Assembly (NCBI RefSeq): GCF_009914755.1
Contig: NC_060939.1
DNA: 64,000 bases
Strand: one strand, 5' to 3'
Source of the DNA: the human T2T-CHM13v2.0 reference genome, Homo sapiens
Shown here in pieces: positions 15,654 to 29,264 of this stretch. Position 1 is the stretch's first letter; the number at the start of each line of letters is the position of its first letter. The notes beneath the pieces were generated by a model. That model was not told the origin of the DNA and ran no database searches. It saw only the letters and a list, made by a program, of their open reading frames with translations. The position numbers were made by a program, and so were the translations under genes.

Positions 15654-16445
15654 TCCGCAGCCTTCTTGATAGAGGAACAGAGGAGCGGGGACGAGCAGGA
15701 TGCTGCTCTGGAAAAGTGTCCACTGTTTTATTTTTGAAGGCTGATACCATGTGAGTTCTTTTTTTTCTGGAGGTGAGAGGTGTAGAGAACATAATAGAGT
15801 AAGAATTGGGTAGATTGAGACTTTTTCCCACGTGCATCATCATCTTTTGCATAAAGTGTTTGTCTGGTTGCTGAGTTGCAGGGTTTCTGAGGCAGGTTTG
15901 TGAGTTTCCTGAAATTGATCTTTCCAGCACCTGAGCTGCTGCAGCCTCTGACCAAGGTCGGTGGCTGGTGATGCTGGGGAGGCCTCAAGCCCTGCCTGTG
16001 TGGGAGGGCTGGCCTCCTGCTTCCTGGGTCTTTGCAGCTTGGGAGAAGGGCTTCCCTGCTCCTCTCATTTTCCTGAGGGCATAGTTAATAGGGCAGGTGG
16101 TGTAAGCTAAAGAAAAAATGTGTCACTTATTCTAGTTGAGAATTTAGCAGCCCTGAGCTGGGAGTCTTGGTTAGGATCATAAAACTATCTGAGACCTCTG
16201 AGATCATAATCATAAGAGACCTCTGAGATCATCCACTCAATGCATTCATTCCAGACAAGAAATTGGGGCCCAGGGAGGGAAAGTAGAGGCAAGGGTATGG
16301 GCTAGGCCTTCTCCTGGGACCCCTCAGTCCAGGGTTTTCTTTCTGCTGTGTTGGGCTACCCCTCCTTGATATGTAAGTGTTTAGTAACTTGGCTCTCCAG
16401 GCCAAGAATCTTTTGTGAAGTCTCACAACTTGTCTCACCTCGCAG

Positions 16446-16496
16446 GTTCTCCAAACCTATCCCCGAATCCGATGTCCCCAGCACATAATAACTTGG
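16446..16496 (+). CDS. SMAD3: SMAD3 exon 5 (linker SP phosphosites S204/S208/S213)
   Basis: cgcag| acceptor, TGG|gtgagt donor; 51 nt, (G)SPNLSPNPMSPAHNNL. Confidence 0.99.
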
Positions 16497-17935
16497 GTGA
16501 GTATCTCCTTGTGCACACAACTGGAACCCCCTCTAGCTGCAGCCCTGGCGAGTCGCCAGTGTGGGGAGGGGGCCCTGAAGGTAAGGCTCTCCCCCGACCC
16601 CTACCATCAGCCCAGCTCAGCCCATCAGGTTTCTGGTTACGGTGATGTTGAGGTCACCACGGAATGGGGAAACTTGAGAACAGTGGTGGCAGGAAAGACA
16701 ACCATATGCCAGGTTTGTATTTCCCCTGGGGGGCGGGTAGACGTGAGTGAATGAAAATTCCCCCAAACTTTATGCCCAGGAGAACGAGGGTCTGTGGTCA
16801 GCTAAGCATACGTGTGCAGTTTGGTGCAAAGCCACGGACAGCCATGCAGACTCCAGCCCCCTGACATTTATAGACCTGTTTCAGATATACTTATTTGAGT
16901 GTTTCATCTTATAATTGTGTAATTTTTCTTAAAATAGCAACATATACGGAATTTGAAAATAAAGTCAAAGTGCCCATAATCCCACCACCCTAACATAACT
17001 GTCTATGTGTGATTACAGTCCTGATGTTTGTGCATCAGGCATATATATCTCTGTGCCTTGCCACTGAGATCATAGTGCATATCTGGTGTTTTCATTCTCT
17101 TTTCTCCTTATGTTATTTTGTAAACACGTTTCCGTATTTAGGTGTCTTGTTTATCGTTGTGTGTTATCTCATGATGTTTTGGAGTGGAGGGTCCATTGTT
17201 TCCGCAACATCCCTCCATGGTTAGACTGCTGGGTCAGTTTTTCCAAGACTCAATTTTCTAACCCAGTAGGGTCCTTCAGTTCTCCAGCTTGGGATAGGCT
17301 TTGGCATGGAACCTGCCAAAGGGCTTCAAACAAATGAAATATCCATTTAGTTTTTATTGAGGGGAGATTTTTATATTCTGGTCTGGTAGTTTTAGAAAAT
17401 GTAAGTTGGATTTTGTTTGGAACTTTATTGCTGAGGCTTAATTTGTGGCTCAGGAAAAGAAATAGTTAATATTTCTTGGCGAATCAAAGTGGATTGGACT
17501 GGTTTTTGTGCCCATTTGCTTCCAGACCTTGACTGACAGCGTCAGATGAAGAAACTCATCATTTGGGATATTAGGAGATGCTTGAAACCCTTTAGAACAG
17601 GCTGACCTGGGCAGTGTGGGATGTGACTTTGGGAGATCTGTTTTAACATTTTTGTAAAATAATATCACCATGAGTGCCGGGCTTTGCAGAGGGAAGGTCA
17701 GATTCCTGATATGAAAGGACTGAGTTATTAAAAACAAACTGAAGGCTAGAAGCGAAGTTAACACTTGAGAAATTAAAGGCCATGATGGTGAACTTGACTC
17801 CGGGCTTTCAGCTTTTGAGATTGGCTGCTTTAGATTTATTTTCTGTGGCATTTAAAAACCCTCCTGGGGCCAAGGTAGCACTTTTAGTCAACAGCCTTCC
17901 AAGCAGACACTTGCCTTTGAAACCATAGCAGTCCC

Positions 17936-18343
17936 AGGGCAGGTTGGAGGTGGCTGATGCCGGACACGGTGCTCCAGACTGAAAGGTGGTCATTTGCTGT
18001 GAACTTCCCTCTAGATTGTGTAGACTAGGATGAGGATGATGGGATGTTTCTTGAGCTCTGACCCAAGGCAGCATCCTCTGTTGACATAATTCTCCCTCCC
18101 TACTGCCCCTTCCTCGGGCAGCTTGCCTGAAAGTTGAGAATTCTTAGGTTATTTCTTCCAAAGGGAGGACCCTCCCCGAGCCTGGCCAGCAGAGAATGAG
18201 TGCCACTTTGCACTGGCCTAGTTGCACCTCTGCTGGGAAGATGTGAATCGGGGGCGAGTCGCCCAGTGAGTCAGGGTTAGGCTTCTGGGTAAGACACCGT
18301 GCTGACAGGCCTGGCTTCCCCTCTGCTTCATGAGCCCCTGTGC
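17936..18343 (+). repeat. Local direct duplication, copy 1 (SMAD3 intron 5)
   Basis: Aligns end to end with 21245-21629 (~90% identity by eye); not recognised as a transposon. Confidence 0.95.
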
Positions 18344-18439
18344 TCCCCTTCACCCATTCAAACCATTGACTTCATCCCTACCCAGAAGGTCACCTGGACT
18401 CCCAGTGTCATAGCTGGAAGGGGGTGAGATGGTGATGAT

Positions 18440-18680
18440 GATGGGAAACATTTCTTGAGAGTTTGCTGTTTACTGTTATTCGGAGTGCTTCCTGCATGTT
18501 AACCTGATCTTTATAACTTTATAAGGCAGAAGCGTTGTGATTTTTCATTTTACAGATTAGGAAACCGGGGAACACATTGGTGAACTCATGTGTCCCAGAT
18601 TCACAGCTAGTGAATGGAGAAGGTGGCTTTGAACTCAGGCCCTCTCACTCCAGAGCGTGCACTCCCATTGTGGCATGACA
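18440..18680 (-). mobile_element. MIR SINE
   Basis: cattttacagattaggaaacc...cacagctagtgaatgg...tttgaactcaggc. Confidence 0.65.
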
Positions 18681-18829
18681 CTGCCTTGCTGGGCCGTTTA
18701 GACCACCTGTCCCCACCTTCCTCACTTGGAGGAACAAGGCTCAGACAAGGCATTTGCTGACTTTTACGTTGGAGACGTAAAAGTCTGTGGCTGTGGCTCC
18801 CGGGGGGAAGCCCTGCCTGCTTGTATGCC

Positions 18830-20500
18830 TCTTCCTCACTCCCTCATTCCCAGATACTTCTTGTCTGCCTGCCGTTCAGGTGGGGGATTGGAAGAGGGAC
18901 CACAGACATAGCCATCGAGGGGCTACGGCCTTGTTGGGATCAATAAGGCAGGACCAAAAATGATTCTAAAACAAGAAGGAGGTGCAGATGAAGTACTCTG
19001 AGGGTTCGAGGGATGGAGCGATGGGATTCCAGGCTGGCCAGGCGTCTCCTCTGTATCCATGCGCTCAGTCAACATTGGCTGAGTTCCCACTATGTACTGA
19101 TGCTGGGGGCCAGAGCTGGGAGAGCACTACACATTTGCAGCCTGGGGGCGGGGAGGGGGGCAGCTGGAGGTGTCCATGTCCACCTGTAATGCGTTGTGCC
19201 AGGTGCCCAGGGAGAAAGTCCAGAAGAGGGAGGAATAGTATATGCCAAGGAGGAAAGTGTGGATGGAGTGGGGAGACATGGGAGAGGTTGTGCCATGTGT
19301 GAGCGGGCCCTTGAAGGACAGATGGGACCCTGTGAGGCAGAGAAGGATGGAAGGACATTGCAGGTCCAAGGGCATTATGTGGTCTGAGGACAGCTGGCAT
19401 GGTGGTTGGTTGTTGTCTCAAGAGGGACAAGGTGGGAAAAGGAGGCTGAAATGGCAGGTGGGGCACTGGGAAAAGACCCCTGAGTGTCTGCTTAGCGCCC
19501 TCTTGCCTATAGAATAAAGTTGTTTGTGGGTTTTGATTGGGGAGGTTTTCTGATGACAGCTTCATAAAGATTAATCTGGCCACTGTGTGGAATCTAAATT
19601 CTAGGGGAAATTACTGGAGGCAAAACAAAACAAAACAAAACAAAAACCCACTTAGACAGCTCTTCCTCTGGAGGAGGCTGAGATAAATGCTTTCGAGAAA
19701 TGGTAGCAGAGCTGGGAGAATGCATTTGAGAGGGAATCATGGGCCTGAATGAGCAGGGTTTGTTGACCAGCGTTAAGTGGGATGATGGTGATGCCCCCAT
19801 CGAGGCTGGACACCCAGGAAGTGGAATGGGTTGGGGGTGAAAGATGGTGGTGGGTTGCCTGTGCTTAACTATGTCCAGGAAGCAGTTGGAAAGTCAGGAA
19901 AGCGGCTGGCGCTGGAGGCGCAGATTTGGAAACCATGAACACATGTGGCAGCCTTTCCCATAGCGGGGCCTGAGAGAAGGGGTTTGGTGGTTGAATGAGT
20001 GTGGAAAGCCTGTATTGTGGCCTCTCCTCCAGCCCCCACTCAGGAGGGACTCACATGGCCACGCTCTGAGGAGCCTGCAGAAGGAGGCCTGTCTGACCCA
20101 GCCTTCCTCCCATGCACTGATCACTGTTCCTGTACTTCTGTCTTACCGCCCCGTTGCCCATCCATAGATCTGACTCTGGAAACACCGATGAAGTTTGGCT
20201 GAAGTCATGCCAGTGGATGGATTTAGTGGAGAGGCCGACCCAGCTCAAGATGGAAAGACAGCCAGAGATGCGCTCGGGCGGTGGGGGTTCCTTGGAGAAG
20301 GCTGAGGTCAGGGGGATGATGGGGTCACAGCAGCTCAGAGGGGAGGCAAGCCCTGAAGGACAGTGGCTACAAGCGGGCCCTGCAGAGATGCAAAATGAGA
20401 TTTAAGAAGAGGCCTTGGATTTGGCATCAGGGGTTCAAGGGGGAGCTTTTAGGGAGCAGTGTGTAGGAGGGGAGGGGCTGCAGTCAGTCAGCAGTGCACT
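18830..20500 (-). mobile_element. Degenerate antisense L2 fragments
   Basis: Purine-rich L2-like tracts, e.g. gaaagattaatctggccactgtgtgga-like at ~19566, gaagtttggctg, ggccttggatttggca; boundaries uncertain. Confidence 0.45.
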
Positions 20501-21244
20501 GAAGGGCAAGTACCAGGTGGGGAGGTGGAGGCACCCAGCAGCGCAGCCTTTGTGCTGACTCACAGTCAGTGCGTCCCAAACCCTAGGATGGAGGCAAGCA
20601 CACAGGGAGCTCTTCCTAGGAAAAAATGGGGACATCTCAGGACATCTGATTATTTCCTTTAAAGAGATTATTATGAAATTACTGTACAAAAAGAAAGAAA
20701 GCAGAGGACATCTGGTTTCTCCTTTCATTTCCTCCCCACTCCAGGTGTTAGCCCCAGGGCTCAGGTCTGGGGAAGGTTGAGCCTCCTTGCCCCAGCAAAG
20801 CCACTTCTGGTAAGGGGCAGGGACTCCTGGTTGAGACCTGGCTCAGCATCCTGCCCCAGGCAGGCTCTCGGAGACCCTGGGACCTGGGACCGTTGTTTGC
20901 AGGGCAGGAGATATGAGCAGGTGATGTTCCTGTTATTACACAGCGTGCTGGGTGAGTCACCGGGAATTTCCTAGGCATTTAAGGCGGAAGGATTGGGGTA
21001 AATGGAGGGGAAGGAGGAGGCAGGTGGAGAGAGGAAAAAGGTAGTGAGCTGGCTTCTGCCTGGTGAGTAAGTTGTTCCCTGCTTTAAAGTGAGATGATTA
21101 GGGCGGAGCCATGACTGAGGAAAATAATGTACCAGGGAGAGCCCTGAGGGAGCAGTTGAGCTGGAGTTAAAGGAGGTGATGGCTTCCAGAGTGCCAGTGG
21201 CAGGAGTGAGAGGCAGGGATGGGGCAGCTTGGAGTGAGAGGGAT

Positions 21245-21629
21245 AGGGCAGCTTGGAGGTGGCTGATGCCGGATGCAGTGCTTCAGACTGAAAGGTGGTC
21301 GTTTGCTGTGAATTGCCCTCTAGATTGTGTAGACTAGGATGATGGGATGTTTCTTGAGCTTGGACCCAAGGCAGCATCTCCTGTTGACATAGTTCTCCCT
21401 CCCTACTGACGCTTCCTCAGGCACCTTGCCTGAGAGTTGAGAATTCTTAGGTTATTTCTTCCAAAGGGAGGACCCTCCCCCGAGGGTGCCACTTTGCACT
21501 GGCCTAGTTGCACCTCTGCTGGGAAGGTGTGAATCGGGGGCAAGTTGCCCCGTGAGTCAGGGTTAGGATTCTGGGTGAGACTCCACGCTGACAGGCCCGG
21601 CTTCCCCTCTGCTTCATGAGCCCCTGTGC
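21245..21629 (+). repeat. Local direct duplication, copy 2 (SMAD3 intron 5)
   Basis: Matches 17936-18343, lacking a 6-bp (gaggat) and a ~17-bp segment. Confidence 0.95.
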
Positions 21630-21776
21630 CCATGTGTGAGCACAGGTGTGGTGGCAGGGCGGCCCGAAGACCACCAGCCCTGAGTGTGGACGGCGGCCCA
21701 GGGCAGAGGCCCAACCCAGTTCCAGGCATCTTCATGCTGCTGCCCAAGGCTCTTTTACAATGCAGCCTCTGGCTCC

Positions 21777-21840
21777 GGTCTTCCCCACACTTGTGAAATC
21801 ACAGGCAGGGTCTTCCCCACACTTGTGAAATCACAGGCGG
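21777..21840 (+). repeat. 32-bp tandem duplication (2 copies, 31/32 identical)
   Basis: ggtcttccccacacttgtgaaatcacaggc(a/g)g x2. Confidence 0.97.
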
Positions 21841-23273
21841 GCAACATAATGACAGGAAGTCAGCTGTCGGCTCTGTCTTCATACTCCTGAGGGCCCGGTT
21901 TTTAGACTTTGCCACTGTTCCTGGTTGCAGTATGCTGGTCATAAGCTAAAAGGGCATGGGGGTCTCTGTGCAGCTTGGTTTGGTATTTTAGTCCGCAGAT
22001 ACATAGGTTGGAATTAGTACCCTGGGTGCTGGGACACAGCTGGCGTGGGCTCACAGAGACCTCATCCTCTAGCATAGGAGACTCAGGTACACAGTTTCTG
22101 GGACACAAGGTTAATTCTGCACTGAGGCAGTGAGGGAGTGTTTCACAGCCGTGTGAGCTGGGCCTTAAAGATCGAGTCCCTGCAGAGGAGGGGGATGGGC
22201 AGTCCAGGCAGAAGACCCAGGCAGGACTGAGAAGTGGTGGATGAGGAACATGGGAACTGGAGTGTGGAATCTCCTAGATTGAGGAAGAGCTGCCTTCCGC
22301 AGGTGAGGTGGGCCCAGCAGAAACCAGCCCATTTCTGTTTTGACCTTTCGTCTTGCAGCAGCAGTGCTCCTGGCCTTTGCCCGTTCCTTGCTTTCGATTT
22401 ATAGGAGAAAGTTAATTTCCCCCCTTGCCTCCCCACCTCTTCCTTTACGGGATTTGAATCTCTTGCACATGTTTTTAATAGGCATCCCTTAATCCAAGTG
22501 TTGCCTTCTGGGTTTTATTCTGTTTTCTTTTTCTTAAACATAATGGAACGTCTGTGCCAGCTTGGAACAGGACTGAAAACTGAGGCCAGCCAATGCGTTA
22601 GGCTGGCAGGGGGCCAGCCATGGATTAAGTGCCCTATGGCACTTGAGAAGTCTGGCCGACACCACACTGGTGGGGGAGGGGTATCCACAAAGGCTGGAGC
22701 TGGAGGTTCCTGCGTCTCCAACACCTCTGCACTGGGAGGAGAGATTAGCACAGACTCAGAAATCTGGCCAGGAGCAGGGCTGTTTGAAGGGAAGGCCGTG
22801 GGCACGTGCCATCGTCTACCACCCCAGCTGTGCAAAATGCTCAGCCTAGAGGTGAAACTGCTCTTCAATGGGGTGTGTCACCTTACCCGCCGTAGTCATT
22901 CTCCTAGAGGAGCCTTCTATAGAACTGCTTCTGCATTTGTTGGTAAATCCTTGAAACCAGATCTTAATTTGCTTGCTTGCTTGATCAGTTGATTGATTGG
23001 TCAGGGGAGGGGTTGCCACCTCCCCCTGAGAGATTTCTTTTAAGATTTAATGCCAGGACAAACTTTGTTTTCCCTGAGGAACTAGTAAGCATTGCCCATC
23101 CACCAACCAGAGCCATAGACCGTATCATGTTCCCTTTTTGTCTTGTCTACTAGGAAGCTCAGAGCCAAACTGGATGCTTTTGCAGTAACTATAACCTCAT
23201 GGTTATCCCATTTATAGCCGCCTTCTTTCCAGAGTCCTTTTTGTTTCTCTGGTACTAACCAGGGTAAGGATAA

Positions 23274-23690
<417 letters not shown>

Positions 23691-25151
23691 TGACCATACC
23701 TTCTGGTCTGCCACTCCTCTTGCACAAGTTCTGGGAGGAAGCAGCTGAGGCATGGTGGGCGGGAGGGACCTAGAAAGGAGGGAAATCACGGCTGGCTTTT
23801 AGTTGTTTGCAGAGAATAGAAAGCGCATGGCTGGGGTGCTGCTCTGGCTCAGTCCCGCTTCTGAACACAGGGCAGCTTGTCCAAACAGCACTCTCTGAAA
23901 TGGCAGCCTGCAGACTTTGCCACTGGCCTGATTTCACTGCTCCCTCAAACAAGCATCTTCTTAATGATGTGTCAGGTTCCTAGTGTCCGGGGTTTTCCAC
24001 AACACTGTCCGGTGTGTGTCTGTGAGTTGCAGGGCTGTTTGGATAAGGGCTCAGATCTGCTTGGGAGGGCCTCTCGGCCTATGACCCCAGGCCTGTCTTT
24101 GATTCTGAGGGTCCTTGAAGCCCACCCTTCCCCAGAGCATGGTTCTAGCACCATGCGACACAATGGGTGGCCTGCCAGCTTTTTCTTTTTTTGAATGGTG
24201 GGCTGGGTTGCCGTTCCTGGGAGCCTAGCTCTTTCTCTTCTGCCTGGACTAAACCCAGAGAATGCTGGGCAGGGCTTTATGATTTTGGGGTGAGGACCCT
24301 GTTCTGTTCTACACATTGCTGAGTAAGTCAGGGCCAGTCAAAGCTATATGTTCAAGCTGACCCGTGCCAGAGAATGATCTAGGTGGTCAGCTTTATTGTA
24401 GCTTTATTGTCTTCTAGTGTACCACAGTGATTGTACGGACTACAAAACTGAGGTTACAGAAGGAGGTCATGTCCCCAAGGTCACACAGCAGGATCAGCAG
24501 AGCCTGCGCTTGGGCAGTGGTGGCCAGCAGCACTGATACATTGCTTGACCACTCTGAATGCTTGGGTTGCACTTGGATTTTTTTTTTTTTAAGTTTCCAA
24601 AGCAACATAGCTCACATTTTAGTGACCACATTGTTTAGAATATAGCTTATCTCATTGGAATGTTGAAGCATCAAGCAAAGCCAGAGCCAGACGTGGCTGA
24701 CGTGGCTCAGCCTCACCTCAGGGGCCAGGGCACAAGCCGCAGCTGCTCCTGGCCCTGTCATTCCTCCCTTCCCCATTAAGTACTTTTGATGCCTTCATCC
24801 TTATCTTCCTTTGCTCCACCCCAGGAAGAGAGAAAACGACAAGAATGCTTTGCCTCTCCATCTTGATGGTGATCAAGATAGGACCAGGCTATTTTCAAGT
24901 TCACAGAATCGGGCTATTATCATTGTTGTTAACACCATGTGCTGAGTGTTTGATGCGCGCCCTGCACCTCACATGAGTTATCTCTGTCTGTCCAGAAACA
25001 GCGCCGAGAGTAAAGAGGATGAGGCCCACAGAGTGTAGCTGGTTTGCTCGCAGTTGCATGTCTAGTCTGTGCCTGAGCCAAGATTGACCTCCAGTCTGTC
25101 TGGAGGATGGCTTTATAGCTTGTGCCCCATGATCCAGTTAAATATCTAGGG

Positions 25152-25392
25152 CAATGGTTTTCAACTGGAGGCCGTTTTGCCCCCTAGAAGACATCTGGCA
25201 ATATCCGCAGCCTTTTTTTATTGCCACAACTTGAGAGGGTGTTATGGATGTATACTACTAGCACCTAGTGGGTAGGGGCCAGGATGCTGCTAAACATCCT
25301 GCAATCTGCAGATCCTCCCTCCCACCCATCCACCCACCCAACAAAGAATTATCTGGCCCCAGATGTCAGTAGTGCTGAAGTTGAAAAACCTG
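25152..25392 (+). mobile_element. MER20 (hAT-Charlie DNA transposon)
   Basis: caatggttttcaac...ttttgcccc...ggccaggatgctgctaaacatcct...acaaagaattatctggcccc...gttgaaaaacctg; 8-bp TSD atctaggg/acctaggg. Confidence 0.88.
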
Positions 25393-26877
25393 ACCTAGGG
25401 TGTCCTAATCCTCCAGCTGACACTTCCTGGGTGTGTGTGGAGTGCAGGGGTGTTACTGGCCTGCCCCTTCGCCATTCGTGATAGTGTTCTCCTTGCTCTT
25501 AGAAAGGATCATGCACCTAGACTCCAAAAGGGGATTGGGACACTCTGTCCTGCAGGGGCAACCAGACCCCTTCCAGTGGGCAGAACAGCTTCTGACTTTT
25601 CTCTCTTGGGCTTTACACACCTTCAGAAGGTCTGATGAGCAGGGATCCTCCCAGTGGGTTCCCCCTCCTAGACGTTGCCTGGCATCCAGTGAGCAGGGTT
25701 CTCAGGCCAGGGCTGAGACGTGGGCATGGGGAGCGTCTCCTGTTCCTCCCTGAGGAGGAACCCTCAGCCCCATGCTGAGGGTTAAAGCGAGGGAGGAGAG
25801 ATGTCAGCCTGGGCCCTGGGACCTCATGGTCAAGTTGGACAGTCAGGATGCTCACAGAGAGGCACACCCTTAGTAACTGCGTCGCTTCGGGTATATTTAA
25901 GAGCCAGAGGGACTTCAGAGGCAGGCTGAAGCTTTGAGATGGAAGAGCGAGAATGAGCAGGGGACTCCCTAATTCTTCAGCAGATGGATGGAATTCAGGT
26001 AGGCATCAAGCAGAGTGTCGTAGGCTAAGGGCTCGCGCCCAGCAGTCAGTGCAGTGCAGAGAAGCAGTTGGAAGAGGTTGGCCCAGGGCGCAGGGCAGTC
26101 CTGGTCCAGAGGCTGTGGCATCGGTGTGAGTGGGAATTCCGAGGGCCCGGCCAAGGGCTGAGAGAATGGGCCTGGAGATGCTGCAGAGGCGTGCAGTAGG
26201 AGGGCACAGTGCCAGGGCCACTGGGCCGGGGCAAGAGGAGGGCGAGGAGGCCCCAGGAAATGGAAGGCTGGGATCCATTTCTAGTGTGAGGAGAAGCTGC
26301 CATTTACTCTTCTGAGAAAGAGAACCAGCCCCTTGTAGAATGGCAGTTTTGCTTTGAGGAGCCCCTAATGGAGACTGTACAGACAACTGGGACAAATACA
26401 GATTTTCTTTCAGAAGGGTTTGTGTCCGAGCCACCCCAACAGCCGGCATCTAGATAAGTGTGGAAAATAGTTTCTGTGATAGGAGGCATGGCCCCAGGCT
26501 CAGTCTGCAGATGATGCCTGGTGTGTCCACTGCGCCAACATGGGGCGCTGTTGGGAACCCACTCGGCTGCTGCAGGCTTGGAAGCTGCTGCTCCACAGGC
26601 TGGGAGTTTTTGCCCCCAAGGCTGTGCAGAGCCAAAATCTGAAAGCCCTTTTAGGGGCAGGGATTAATGTGGGTTACTCTGGGGACCTTGCAACAGAGGC
26701 TGAGAGGTGACTGTGCAGGAGGTGTGGCCTGCCCCACAGTGAGTACACGCAGTGGCTGTCCCAGGTTCATCCAGGTACTGGGTGGCCCCTGGTCCTCTTC
26801 AGGTTTGGCCCAGCCCCTCCTTGAAGACTCCTTCCATCCAGTCAAGGCCAAGCAGGCGGGGCAGGGCCTTTATGAGC

Positions 26878-26916
<39 letters not shown>

Positions 26917-26917
26917 A
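26878..26917 (+). repeat. (TAAA)10 microsatellite
   Basis: Ten TAAA units, not attached to a recognisable Alu or L1 body. Confidence 0.97.
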
Positions 26918-27049
26918 AAGAGAAATCAATGGCCCTTTACACACAAGGCTGATGGAATCTCCTCCAGACACCTGAGCATCTTGTTCTGGTGGCTCTTGCC
27001 AGTTTTATACGATAAAAGGCATGGGGTAGGGAGATTATAATCCCTCTGA

Positions 27050-27433
<384 letters not shown>

Positions 27434-27651
27434 TGAACACACAGCCTCTGAAGGGAACCTTGCGTCCATCCTTAGCTGTGCTCTGCCTCCTGCTGGGCAT
27501 GGGGGAAGACTCACTGCCCCAGCAAGTCCCCTACACTCTCTGTTGCCCTGTTTAGGGGCCAGACAGGTAGTGTTCAGGCCACTTGATCATTCCCACTCAA
27601 AGATATAATCTCAGAAAATCTGGAAGCCACAGAGGAAAATAGTTCATCTAA

Positions 27652-27993
<342 letters not shown>

Positions 27994-28741
27994 TGAAATC
28001 CTCTAAATAAAAATACTCTGAAAGTACAGATGGATAGGTTGATAAGTAGGCAGTCATTGTTGGAAGAGTGATCTTCTCTTATTTTCATGTATCATTATTC
28101 TAAACAATTTAGAAAAGGTAGAAAAGAATTGTCCACTATCCAAACACCACTACTGTGAACCTTCTGCCTTCTAGCCCCCAGAACATAAGTAAAAGATGAC
28201 TTTGTGAGTTTAAGGAAGATGAAGCTGTGTTACGCATCACTTGGTTTGCTTATGAAGTTATCAAGCTTAGAGGATTTTACGATCCAGAATCACAACTGTC
28301 AGAACTTAGAAGGGCTGTAGAGAGATGGCAGAGTGAGGTTTTCTCAGACCTTGTCCTGGAGCCCCAAGGGTTGGCAAAGGGTTCCTGCGGCAAACTCAGG
28401 AGGTGGGCAGGTTAGCAAAGGGAAGCCTGGTCCCACGTGAACCAGGGCACCTCTGCACTCGCTTGCTTTATATCTCGGGCTCTCACAGAAGACTTCATTT
28501 GAAGAGAGGATTGATTCTGTAGTGAAGAGAAGAAAAGTTTGGAGGCCATGGGCCTAGGTCTGTGCTCTCATTTTCTAGGAAAGGGACCTGATGTCTAGGG
28601 GGTTGGGGAGGGTAGGGAACGGCTCTGCAGAGACCTCATTGTCAGTGACAGACAGCCACCACTACCAGACCTGTTGTTCCCATTTCGCTTTTTGTTTTTT
28701 ACTTCAAAAAAGATACTTATTCTGGGTGGCATACCACTGTT

Positions 28742-29264
<523 letters not shown>

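Noticed and set aside
21777-21840. CRISPR-like ~30-bp partly palindromic repeat
   Set aside because: Only two adjacent copies, no spacers, no cas genes, human intron.
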